A stretch of DNA of 64,000 nt from Squalus acanthias. Its lineage: Eukaryota. Each line of letters begins with the position of its first letter. Position 1 is the first letter of the stretch. Of this stretch, positions 49,707 through 61,744 are shown one piece after another. The notes under the pieces were generated by a model that did no database searches, was not told where the DNA came from, and saw only the letters and a list, made by a program, of their open reading frames with translations. Where the stretch lies: assembly GCA_030390025.1 (NCBI GenBank), contig CM059425.1:170812001-170876000 (forward strand), in the 5' to 3' direction. Both the position numbers and the translations under genes were made by a program.

Positions 49707-50157
49707 CAATAGCAAAATACTGCGGATGCTGGAAATCTAAAATAACAACAGAAAATGCTGGAAGCACTCAGCAGGTCAGGCAGCATCTGTAGAGAGAAAA
49801 ACAGAGTCAACGTTTCAGGTCGATGACCCTTCGTCAGAATTGGATAAAGTTAGAGATGTAACAGATTTTTAAGCAAGTGTAGGGGCAGGGAAAGGGAGGA
49901 GGGGAGGGAAGAACAAAAGGGAAGGTCTGTGATAGGCTGGAAGGCAGGAGAGATTAAAAGACAAAAGGGATGATGGTGCAAAGCAAAAGGAGATGGTAAT
50001 GGGACAAGTTAAGAAACAAAAGATGACTCTAGATGAGGTGTAAATGGCAATGGCAGAATCATCAACAGCTGCCATTTGAGAGAGAAAAAAAATAGGGGCC
50101 GAGGTTCTTTCTCCACAGATGCTGCCTGACCTGCTGAGTATTTCCAGCATTTTCTGT
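49707..50157 (-). mobile_element. Penelope family-1 terminal repeat with inversion; hammerhead motif at 49805-49841 (-)
   Basis: Near-identical to 5657-6010; 13-bp TSD tgctgcatatatt (49694-49706, 50158-50170); reverse complement reads ctgacga a gggtc atc gacct gaaa cgtt. Confidence 0.88.
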
Positions 50158-50327
50158 TGCTGCATATATTATTTTGATCCTTGTATATGAGCTGGCTTGG
50201 AAGATTTCATACCTCACTCTTCCTCTTATGTTAGATATGGTATTGCGTTTTGGTTCCTTACCTGTCTACCATCCTGTTATCGTTTGTAAAAGTTCTGCCT
50301 ATACGAACCTAGCACCATGATCTAAGA

Positions 50328-50712
50328 GCATGGGAACATGAAGTAGGCCATTCAGCCCCTTGAACCTGTTCTCCCATTCAATTAGATCGTGGCTCATCCA
50401 TACATCAACTCCATTTACCCGCCTTTGCTCCATATCTCTTGATATCCATATCTAACAAAAATCTATCGATCTCAGTCTTGAAAATATCGATTGAATCGGC
50501 ATCCATAGCCTTTTGAGGGAGAGAGTTCCAGATTTCTACTGCTCTTTGTGTGAAAAAGTGCTTCCTGATTTCCCTCCTAAATGGCCCTAGCTCTAATTTT
50601 AAGATTATGTCCCCTCATTCTTGGCTCCCAGAGAAAATAGTTTATCTGTCTCTAACCTATCGAATCTCTTTAACATTTCAAACACCTCGATCAGATTACC
50701 CCTCAATCTTCT
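50328..50712 (-). mobile_element. CR1 3' end fragment
   Basis: Reverse-complemented CR1 tail (gtaggccattcagcccc...attagatc). Confidence 0.8.
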
Positions 50713-50849
50713 ATGGTATATCAATAAGCCATGAATATCCTTTGTCCTATACAGTCTCTTCAACCTATTTTATTCCCAGTCCTTCTTATTTTCCACTTGG
50801 AAATTTGTTTGTGTTACCCTATCTCTAAGAAAGGTAATCCCTTTTACCC

Positions 50850-52465
50850 TTCAAACTACTACCTATTGCACTTGCATTGGTAATTTCTAAAGTTACAAAA
50901 GGTACTGTTAACTCAAATTATCCATCACCTTGAAAGCTAATCCACGATTGCCAATACGGTTTACATTATGACTGTTCATTGATGATCTTCTTTTCTGTGT
51001 TACACATCTCTGAAACTCTGATCTTGAATAATCTGGTGAATTATCTGTCATTACCTTGAACATCTCAAAGCCTTTGACAGGGTCTGGCACTGTGCACTCT
51101 TTAAAAAGTTACCATCATATAGCTTCCAACCAAAGCTATGATTGTGCCTATCCAATATACTCACAAATTACTGTTTCTGTGCTGTAATTAATATCTCACC
51201 ATAAGATCCCCATTAAAATAGAGTTATCCCAGTCTGTTATCTTTCTCACTCTGATCCTTCTTCATATCAATTAACTCCTCCACTCATCATCCACCCATAT
51301 CCAGTCTTTCACTGGTGATTCCATCAACACTCATGCACTTCCTGCACACTGTACACAACTTCCAGTCCAGTTCTCTTGTAGTATAATTGTTGAATCATTA
51401 CATCTTGATATCCTCCATGCCTCTTATTCCAATTCTTCAAAGACAAGTTTTTCGTGTCTTTCTTAAGTCTGACCAACAGTTACTGCTTTTTGCCTTTGAT
51501 GGTTTCACACTTAAGGGGGAATTTTAACCCCAAAAAACAGGTGGATTCGGGTCGGGTGGGAGGTTAAAGGCCAGAATTTTTACCTGGAGACCTGCCAGGA
51601 GTGGGGGGGGGTAGAGCGCGGGAAACCCGAAGTCCGGGTTTGCCCGCACGCTATGGAGTTTTAATTCCACAGCATGTGTGTGACGTCACAAACAGATTCC
51701 CCACTCGGAAGTCAGCCTGATTGACAGGCTGGCTTCCAGTCGGGCGGGGAATGCTGGATAAGAGGCCGCAACCCCAGGTAGGTGCGAGCCCTGACCCCGG
51801 GGGGGGTGCAGCCCGATCCCAGTGGTTCTGAACCCCGACCCCAGGGGGGCCAATCACCGACCCGGCAGGGGGGAGTGTTTGTATGGCGGGGGGGCTGATG
51901 GTGGTGGAGTTTGGGGGCCAGGAGGAAGCACTCCTGCTGTTCTCAACCCACAAGGAGTGCTCCCCGAGGCTGTCCTCGTCTTGCTGCAGCTGCTGGGAAT
52001 CCCCAGGCCCGGGAACCCCAGCCGGCCACAGCTAAACCTGCAAAACAGGTTAAATCCAAGGCTTCCAGCTTCATTATCATATTTAAAATATCAAACCACC
52101 TCCTAGGAGCGGGTTGGCTGCCCGCCCCAGTCCCGCCTCCGTTAAAACTGGAAGTGGGCGGGTTGGAAGAGGGTTGGGGTCGGGATTCAGATTTTTAACA
52201 CTTGAACCTCCCACCCGACCCCAACCTACCTTTTTAGGGGGTCAAAATTCCCCCCAAAGTGTTAAAATGTCCACAGCATGAGGGGAAACCCGGACTTTCC
52301 GCGCTCTACCAGGCCCCGCCACTCCCAGCAGGGTCTCCAGGTAAAAATTACGGCCTTAGTCTTTCTTCATCTATCAATACCTTAGCCTTATTATCGCCTA
52401 TGATCTTAAGTGTAACTCTCATTCTCCTCTATTGCTAAAGTTTCCTCTTCCATGCCAAATACTAC
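50850..52465 (+). mobile_element. Ancient LINE RT remnant interrupted by nested MITEs
   Basis: DCQYG...LNISK.FDRVWH.AL.KKLPSY motifs at about 50945-51125; pyrimidine-rich LINE-like sequence appears to resume after 52358. Confidence 0.55.
51514..52355. mobile_element. Harbinger-type MITE containing an oppositely oriented copy of its own family (51569-52255)
   Basis: Outer element agggggaatttt...aaaaattacggcc with TSD tta; inner element ggccagaattttt...aaaattcccccc with TSD aaa. Confidence 0.78.
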
Positions 52466-53714
52466 GGGCTAAATTTTGCCAGCGCTCAGAGTGTGGGTTT
52501 GGAGGCGGGTCCGCTGTCAAAATCGAAATGATTGACAGCGGGTTGGGAACCCACTCCGAACCCGCCTCCATGTAAGTTTCTAAAGTGTCGGGTCTGTGAT
52601 TTCAGAACAACCCGACACCAAGCGGCGGGGGAGGCATTTAAGATACTTAACTGCTTGTTAAATGCTTGTTAACTACTATTTTGCCAGCCCATTTCTATTT
52701 TACCACTTTTTTAACAGGGTTCAGGTCGTTCGGAGATCACGTCAAGTAAGTAGGTCAGGTTCTCTATGTCTCCCCATTGTTGTGAATAGGTGACAGCTGC
52801 AAAAGTGGTATGAAAGCTACCATTTCACAGCTGGTCACTTTCCAATGTCAGAAGCTTGAGCTTTCAGGACCTGGAAGACACTTTTGAGCTGTATGCAGTT
52901 TGGAAGTTTTTGGAGTAAACTCTCTATCCACTGTCACCTCCTTGGAGCAACCTCTCTCACCATTGACAGATCGCTTCTGACATCTCAACTTCAGCTGCCA
53001 TCTATTCCAGCAACATCGGTGCCCTTGAAAAAATCTCACCTTGGTCCTCTGAATCCCTCCATGATCAGCCGCAACATCAACATCACCAGGCACACCAAGA
53101 TCACCAACAACAACACCAACCTTCTCCGCAATCACCTGATGCTGCACAGGACACAGGGCATCAGCACCCGACCACATTGCTGCCCAGGAGGTCAGCGATG
53201 GCATCACCATGGCCAGATTTACTTCACTTGACGCTGTACACCCTGGCTGCCACATGATGCGCCAGGTTGACCCACACCAGCACCATAAAGCATCTCTACA
53301 ATATCCAAGCCATTCCTTTCACACTCATCACCATTGGGGGGGCTGGTGGGGGAGAAAATTATGTCTCAACACTCATTGGAACTCACTAAGACACTTCCAA
53401 AGGTGAGCACAGATCTGTCCAATAAGGTAAAGTGTTGAAAATATAGATTTCAATGTTTGACAACACATTAACAGAAACTTCACATGAACATTGGCTAAAC
53501 CACCCAGGTGCCTACACTTGTGTGTTGTTAGTTGGTATGATTGCACTAGGATGAGGGTGAGTGTGAGGGGTGGCTAGTGAGATGGGGAAGTGATAATATA
53601 GATAGAGAGGGATGGGTGGAGGTGCAAGGTAAGTTGGTGTGAGTAAAGATGTGCAGGAATAGGATAGGGAAGGCAGAGTGATGGGGATGTGATGAGAGGC
53701 ACAGCAGTAGCATT

Positions 53715-54152
53715 TTGTTATGAGAACAGGGTGTATGAACTTGGCTTGTATTCCTTTGAGTTTAGACGGGGTGATCTGATCGAGGCCTTTAAAATGATAA
53801 AGGGAATCAATAGGGTAGATACACAGAAACAATTTCCTCTGGTGCAGGAATCCAGAACCATGGGGCATAATCATAAATTAGAGCCATGCCATTTAGGAGC
53901 GAAATCAGGAAGCACTTTTTCCACACAAAGGGTAGTGGAAACCTGTAACTCTCTCCCCCAAAATGCTGTGGATGCTGGGTCAACTGAAATTTTCAAGAGT
54001 GAGATCGATAGATTTTTGTTAGTTAAGGGTGTCATGGGATATGGAGCGAAGGCAGGTAAATGGAGTTGAGGTACAGATCAGCCATGATCTAATAGAATGG
54101 TGGAACAGACTCAAGGGGCTGAATGGCCTACTCCTGTTCCTATGTTTCTATG
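53715..54152 (+). mobile_element. CR1 3' part
   Basis: ORF 53689..54069 (LGLYSFE.RRGDLIEAFKMIKG...TQRVV..NSLP) and CR1 tail. Confidence 0.88.
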
Positions 54153-55730
54153 ATCTGCACTATAGAGCATTTGCAATTGCTTTTCATTTTAAAATAAAAA
54201 TTGGTATTAGTCTGATGCTTTTTTTTCCAGATTGATGAGAGCTGTCTTGATTTTCAGTCCCCACTGCATTTCACTAACACTTGAGGTCTCCTTGGATCTG
54301 TCATTTCAGGTCTCTTTAACTCTGGGATGCTCCAGTAACTATAATTTAAGGTAATTTATGAAGCATTATTTTTAATATGTACAAAATGTCTCTTGTTTAA
54401 ACTCAAAACAACAAACCTGTTAAAGGAAGTATGGAATGCTGCTAATTGCAAAAGATGGACGTGATTGCAGTGAATTTAATTTCTTCAATTCGTTCATTAC
54501 TTGTACAATTACAGAAAACAATCAATAGACTATTAAACTGATAATTATGCTGACATTACACTACGTCTAATGACGTGGATTGTACTTTGAGTAGTATCTG
54601 AGTCACATTAATTCCATGAATCACATTATACATATTTTAATATGCTGCACAATTGTAGGCAAACTCACTTGTTTCCTAACGGATTATATTATTAAAACAG
54701 TATCAAAATTTCCATTTTTGAAACATTACAAAAATTAAATTGCTTTTTCATGAATTCAATTATATAACTTGAAATGAATCTGAAATGTAGATAAGGAAAA
54801 ATCACTTTACAAATTATTTTACAGTGCATTCACGTTAATGGTAATTGTCATTTTGCTATCATTGACCTTGAATGTAAGCTGCAATATAATTCATCAAATT
54901 AATATTAGGCAACACTATGTACTAGAAAACAAACATTTCCTTTATCATGAAGTACTGCTTACTGAAGCCTATCAGACCAAGGTATTGATTGATATATAAC
55001 ATAGTTGGAGTAGTGATTTGCAAACATTGTGAGAAAGGCGACTGTTGCAGCTGGAAGGACAAGCATTTGAAGACTGCAACCTAAGACTAGACACAAAGAT
55101 CAAGGTTTCCAAGCCATGGTGCGATATATGAAATTGTATAATGTATTTAGAAACAATATAAAGAAAAGTAAAGTGCTAAAGTGAAACGTGAGCATCTCAT
55201 AATGGGATTCTTATACATTAGTTACGGTTTAAATCCATTAACTGTTTAGAGTGATCCAGAGGTACCAAATCTGAGTTATACCGTCAGCTCTGCAGCCTCC
55301 TATGGTCAGGTACAAAGCTCCACTTAACTGACCAGTATCCAAAGTTAACGTTAATGAAGACCCAAAGGAACAGTGAGCTCAATACCAAAATTAAAAGGTG
55401 ACAGTAAAAAGGTTTAAAATGAAGGCTTGGAAATTCCTTGGGGCTGCTCCCTCTCCACCGCAGTAACTGCCAAAAGTGCAACAAAAGTCCCGTTTACCTG
55501 CATAAATGGGGTTTTCACTGCACTTCCAGCAACCCTACAGCGGTGGAGCGGGAGCAGCTCAAAGAAATTTACAACCCAAAGTTCAAAACTTCTTAAGAAC
55601 TTTGTAAAGTTTATTTTGGACTGATGAAAGCAGAAGTAGTGTGAAACTACACCCTCAACATGGCCTTACATTATTTGCCTCTGTTGAATATGGCTGGCTT
55701 CATTCCTGAGCTATTTACATCAATGCAAAA

Positions 55731-56043
55731 GGGGCAGCACGGTGGCATAGTGGTTAGCACTGTTGCCTCACAGTGCCAGGGACCCGGGTTCGAATCCGGC
55801 CTCGGATGACTGTCTGTGTGGAGTTTGCACATTCTCCCTGTGTCTGCGTGGGTTTCCTCCGGTTTCCTCCCACTGTCCAAAGATGTGCGGGTTAGGTTGA
55901 TTTGGCTATGATAAATTGACCCTTAGTGTTAGGGGGGATTAAATACGTGGGGTTACGGGGATAGGGTGGGATATGTGTCGGTGCAGGCTCGATGGGCCGA
56001 AATGGCCTCTATCTGCATTGTGGGGATTCTGTGATTCTTCTGT
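55731..56043 (+). mobile_element. HE1-type V-SINE
   Basis: A and B boxes plus V-domain, near-identical to the head of 22340-22775. Confidence 0.92.
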
Positions 56044-56257
56044 GAAAACCAGGCAAGTTCAGCGAGGCTGCCCTCTCAGAATAGAGCTTTTCTAAAAGGT
56101 AAAGCAAGTCAGAGATAGAGCTCAATTCTTCAACTCGCATTCCTGCCTAGCAAGGCTCTGTTGTGAGAGTACAACTGCACAAATTTGCCATAATGTTTCT
56201 GTCTTGAAAATGATCTGTGCTTTGGTGCCAACAGTTATTTTCCTTCATTTCATTTCA

Positions 56258-56860
56258 GAGTCATAGAATCATACAGCACAGAAGGAGGCCTTTCGGCTCT
56301 TTGGTAGGCCTATCCAATTAGTCCCGCTCCCCCGCTCTTTCCCCGTAGCCCTGCAAATGTTTCCTTTTCAAGTATATATCCAATTCTCTTTTGAAAGTTG
56401 CTATTGAATCTGTTTCCACCACTCTTTCAGGCAGTGCAATCCAGATCATAACAACTCATTGCGTAAAAAAAATTCTCCTCTTCTCCCCTCTGGTGCTTTT
56501 AAATCTGTGTCCTTTGGTTACTGACCCTCCTGCCACTGGAAACAGTGACTTCTTATTTATTCTATCAAAACCCTTCATTATTTTGAAAACTTCTATTAAA
56601 TCTCCCCTTAACCTTCTCTGCTCTAAGGAAAACTACCTCAGTTTCTCTCATTTCTCCACATAACTGGTCTTTCATCCCTGGTATCATTCTAGTAAATCTC
56701 CTCTGCACCGCCGTGACATCCTTCCAAAAGTGTGGTGCCCAGAATACTCCAGCTGAGGCCTAACCAGTGATTTATAAAGGTTTAGCATAACTTCCTTGCA
56801 TTTATACTCTATACCTCGATTTATAAAGCCCAGAATCCCTTTATGTTTTTTTAATAACTT
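56258..56860 (-). mobile_element. CR1 3' part
   Basis: ORF 56684..57028 (ILGFINRGIEYK..VMLNLYKSLVRPQLEY); tail atagaatcatacagcacagaaggaggcc. Confidence 0.85.
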
Positions 56861-59359
56861 TATTGACTTGTGCATGAATACTTGAATAGCATTTGAATAC
56901 ATACTTTTGCAAACAGCAAATGTATTTAATTTATTCAGATCTTTAGGAAAAAGTAAAGTACATAAAATTATCCACTTTTCAATGTTTTCAATATTATCCC
57001 ATTGCCGCCCGAGCCACATCTGTTTCACTCACAGCTACAATGGATTCAAAATAACACAAATCCTCATCCACCAGCAACACTACCAACCTCCCATTCATTG
57101 TGAAATGATTCATGTATCAGTGATGGAATCCATAAAATAATTGCCACTTTTATTTGGCATTGTTACTGAAGACTTAGGACATGTACTTTGGAATAACTCA
57201 ATCATTCTAACTGCTGCTTAACTGAATGTGTAACCAATGGGAGGGGCCTTCTGTCCTCTCTGTGTTACCGATATCACATAGCAACAGTGGCTGTTCCATA
57301 GAAACAGCATGAGAAAACTACAGAAGCATGAAAGTTGCAGAAAATTATTAAAAATGAACATGTAAAAATCTTAACAGGGATGCAATTTGAATAAAGATGA
57401 GACCTATAAGGACTAATGATGAATTGAAATAAATTTATTTGGATTTTTATTTAATCCTTCCTTTTTAAGATCACATGCATAAAAGATAGATTATTTGCCA
57501 TAAATCAGTTTTCTTTATTCTTTAGGGCTTATTTGAGTTTGCTGCGGTAACTGAGTGGCTAGCCAGTGTTGAGACCATGGCAGATGCCCAATCACAACAG
57601 CAAGAGGCCTGAAGCATCTTGTTAGTCCGGATTCATCAGCATCCGGCTGGCAAGCTATGAGCGCCGAATGGGTGCTGCCCGGTCGAGAATAGTGGAAAAT
57701 CGGATAGCTCCTACACCGAGCAGGTTGACAGTATCGACCTGGGGGGTGGGGCGATCCCGAGGGCGGGGGGAAGCTGCTCAGGGACAGGCAGCTGGCCAGA
57801 TTATTTTTATGGGGCCAGGAGGCGCACTTCCTAAAATGAAAGAAAATAAATTTGGGCTATTTTTGGAGTGGCCAGCAGCAATCACTTTTAGGACCATTGG
57901 TTGGACCAGGTGCACGAAAATCATGTCAGGGTCCTGCAATCAGTGTAGGGCCTCAATTTAAATATTTAAACAAGGCTCCTGTCCATTTTGGGAGTAAGGG
58001 CTGGCCGCCGATTTCGAGGCGTGCTTGATAATCGTGTTGGGCCAACCTTGGGCAGCCAGTGGATGGGGCTCTTCTTTTAACATTCTCCCCTTTTGATTAA
58101 ATTTTTCTCCAAACGTCATTGTTAACAACCTGGACCAAGCTCTTTCATATCATGTCATCACATGATGTTCTTCTTTCATGATGACGCTTGTCCCTTCCAA
58201 CTGCAGAGAGAAATTTAGCACATTTGTCAAACAATTAAAGAAATCCTTTATCCCACTTAATTGCCAATAATAAAAGAGCAATTGATCCTTTTCCATCAAG
58301 CATTAAGATTAGGGATTGAACCCAGGACCTGCCCTGTTTATATAACTCAATTGATTATTGGCTTAACCAGTCCAACCACTAGAGAAGCCCAACTATTTTT
58401 TTTATATAGAAATACATTCAAAAATAGCTTTTCAGAAGGAGAGGGTATGGGGTTATGTTGCCCTCATCACTTGGGAAACCAATATAAATGTTTGTTATGT
58501 ATTGCCATGTTCTTTGTAATTTTTTCTAGCCAGTTGATTTTTTTTTCTGCTCAGCTATCAGTGATGATGATTGGAATATTTTTCACATTAGATACTCAGC
58601 ATCCTGATGCAGGTGTTGCAGTGTCAGATGGAGAGTAAAGCTTCTACTCTAACCATCAACATGTTTTCTTATTTATTTTAAGAATTAATTAGTTAAAATA
58701 TGCTACTTTAGTCCCCAACACCATGCCTTATACTTCATTGGAGTTAAGGTAACTATTTCCTCCCCACTTTACCAGCAGCAGAAACAAAGCCACAGAGGTC
58801 AAGTGGCTCATTTCCAGATGTTAAACTATTGGATTTGCATCATTCCATTGAAGTTCCCATTGGATGACTTTACTTACTGCCTATAGTAAATTAACATATG
58901 AAAACATGATAAGTAATTTGGGCAATGACTCGCCATGTTTATGGTACAACTGTAACCGAAAAAGCCTTAAAGGTGTTCATCAAGTATTCTCTTTCTTTGT
59001 ATTTCATTGACTAACCTTTCATTTACTTTTGTATTTTTTCCAACACATATATATAGTATACAAACAGATATAATTTCATATATATGCAAATCCCTCTACT
59101 GCAATGGTAAGCACTGGGGAAGTAGTATGTGAAGGACAGCTTAATTTGAAAGATGAGAACTAACACCACATTAGTGAGTAACCTATTTTTCTTTGCATTC
59201 ATTCCCTTTGTATCATGCACATGATTGGGAACAGAGTACATTGTAACCATGGTTCCTGTTAAATAGGCTTTAAATTTGCAAAGGGATTTCTCTTTTTTCT
59301 AGTTATTCAGAAAAGAACTGGAAAAGGAGAGAGCGTCTATTGCATAATTTGAAATCAAG

Positions 59360-59678
59360 CTGCTTCTTCGACAGCACCTCCCAAACCCGCGACCTCTTCC
59401 ACCTAGAAGGGCAAGGGCAGCAGGCGCATGGGAACACCACCACCTCCAAGTTCCCCTCCAAGTCGCACACCATCCTGACTTGGAAGTATATCGCCGTTCC
59501 TTCATCGTCGCTGGGTCAAAATCCTGGAACTCCCTCCCTAACAGCACTGTGGAGAACCATCACCACACGGACTGCAGCGGTTCAAGAAGGCGGCTCACCA
59601 CCACCTTCACAAGGGCAACTAGGGATGGGCAATAAATGCTGGCCTTGCCAGCGACGCCCAGATCCCAGGAACGAATAT
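59360..59678 (+). mobile_element. CR1-like family B 3' end
   Basis: Near-identical to 39415-39735. Confidence 0.88.
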
Positions 59679-60019
59679 AAATTATGTCCTGAGATGGCTG
59701 TCTCGAATTTTCCTGGGTTTGGTCAAATGTTCTAGCTCCTCAAATATGGGGGCTATGTGTTGAACAACACTCTTGCGTTTCCTCTGAAAAGAATGTTAAA
59801 TGAGTGCCCAAAAACCTAGAAGATGAAGTAGATGCATTAGTATTTGAAATTGTAACCATTTTCTTCCTTGTTTTCCCTAAACAGGAATAATACCCTATTC
59901 TTCTGCCTTAGTGGTGCACCCTTACCTTTCCTGCAAGTAGTAGATTGAGAAGGAATAAAAGACACTCCATTCTCCAAAAAACAATCCTATAAAAGTAAAA
60001 TGTAAAAAAACAGTAACTT

Positions 60020-60142
60020 TCAAAAGGGAAAATTTGTAGGGCTATGGGGAAAGAGCAGGGGAGTGGGACTAATTGGATAGCTCTTTCAGAGAGCCAGCAC
60101 AGGCAAGATGGACCAAATGGCCTCCTTCTGTGCTGTATGATT
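60020..60142 (+). mobile_element. CR1 3' tail fragment
   Basis: gggctatggggaaagagcagggg...gatggaccaaatggcctccttctgtgctgtatgattc. Confidence 0.75.
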
Positions 60143-60236
60143 CCTCAAAAACCCTCAACCTTGCCATCCATTCCTAGTAGTAATTCGGAATCTCTTGATA
60201 CTTCTGTTCTTAGATTATATCAGCACTAGACCTCTG

Positions 60237-60478
60237 ATTCACTATGATGGTGTCAATCATTAAGAAAAAGTGAGTGAGAAGCTTGAGTACTTCTGCACTT
60301 CTCCAGCCAAGATCAATCACAGCTTGTATGAGACAGTGTCTGCATTGGTGGAATACATCTCCGACTCACTATGACGGTATCAGTCAGTGAGAAGGCATGA
60401 GTGAAAAGGTTGAGCAGTTCGAGCTTCTCTAGCCGACATCAATCACAGTTTAGATGAGATGGTGTCTACATTAGTGGC
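60237..60478. repeat. Diverged two-copy tandem duplication (about 126 bp unit)
   Basis: ga(t/c)tcactatga(t/c)ggt...tgagtga...atcaatcacag...atgaga...gtgtct.catt.gtgg occurs twice. Confidence 0.75.
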
Positions 60479-61123
60479 ATTTGATAAGAGGCAATCTGAT
60501 TCCAAAAATAACATCAGTGGTCTTGAACATCATGTCACTTAGCTGAAAAGTACTATTCAGTTCTAGCAAAGAAAGGTGGAAGATTTTGAGCATCACTACC
60601 AACACACAAATATAAGAGTTATTGATGTATCACAGAGCTGTGAACAATGTCATTCTACAGAAGCTATTAGTCCTTCTGAGAGATACTGTGATTGCACAAA
60701 AATCCCTGGCCCAACACCAAGGGGACTGAAAGGCTACATGTTTTCATTTTGCTTCAATTTGTAGATATACAATTAATTCGGAATATGACTAACTACAGGA
60801 TATTTCCTACTTAGAGCACAAGCCTGTTTATTTCTTCTTTGGCTTCTTTGACTTTTCCAGAATTCAAAAGAAGTATAATCTTACTAAAAGGAAGAAGTTT
60901 ATAATAAGCAGATAATAAGGAATAAGTTTAACCTAACTGCTGCATCTATCTATCCCAGAACCCTCCTTCTCCATCCCTAGAACAGCAATAGAAGCTCCTC
61001 AGCCAAAACTTGGTAACTAAACAGAACACCAAATAGTTCAAACCCATCTTGATAGTAAAGTGCTGCAAGTACTTCAAACACCCCTTGAGCAAGGTTTTGA
61101 ATTTTTTCTTCTTTTTATCTTTA

Positions 61124-61582
61124 CCAACACTCAAGAAGCTCGACACCATCCAGGACAAAGCAGCCTGCTTGATTGCCATCCCATCCGCCACCTTAAACAT
61201 TCACTCCCTCCACCACCAGCGTACCGTGGCTGCAGTGTGTACCATCTACAAGATGCACTGCAGCAACTCGCCAAGGCTCCTTCGACAGCACCTCCCAAAC
61301 CTGCGACCTCTACCACCTAGAAGGACAAGGGCAGCAGGCGCATGGGAACACCACCACCTCCAAGTTCCCCTCCAAGTCACACACCATCCTGACTTGGAAA
61401 AATAAAGCCGTTCCTTCATCATCACTGGGTCAAAATCCTGGAGCTCCCTCCCTAACAGCACTATGGGAGCATCTTCACCACAAGGACTGCAGCGGTTCAA
61501 GAAGGCAGCTCACCATCAGCTTCTCAAGGGCAACTAGGGATGGGCAATAAATTGCGCCCACATCCCAGGAACGAATAAAAAA
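61124..61582 (+). mobile_element. CR1-like family B 3' part
   Basis: TLKKLDTIQDKAACLI...RTRAAGAWEHHH, as in ORF 39020..39676. Confidence 0.88.
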
Positions 61583-61744
61583 AACTGCTGACCATGTGGG
61601 GCATACTTTCCAGTTATGCAGTTTGCTTTCTACCAGGACAGAAGAGATCTTGCTTCAGGAAACAGCCTTCTTTGAATTTCTTTCATTTTGGCTATAATAA
61701 CCCACTAGTGACTTAGAGGAGAAAGGCTGGGTAGACAGCCCGAC

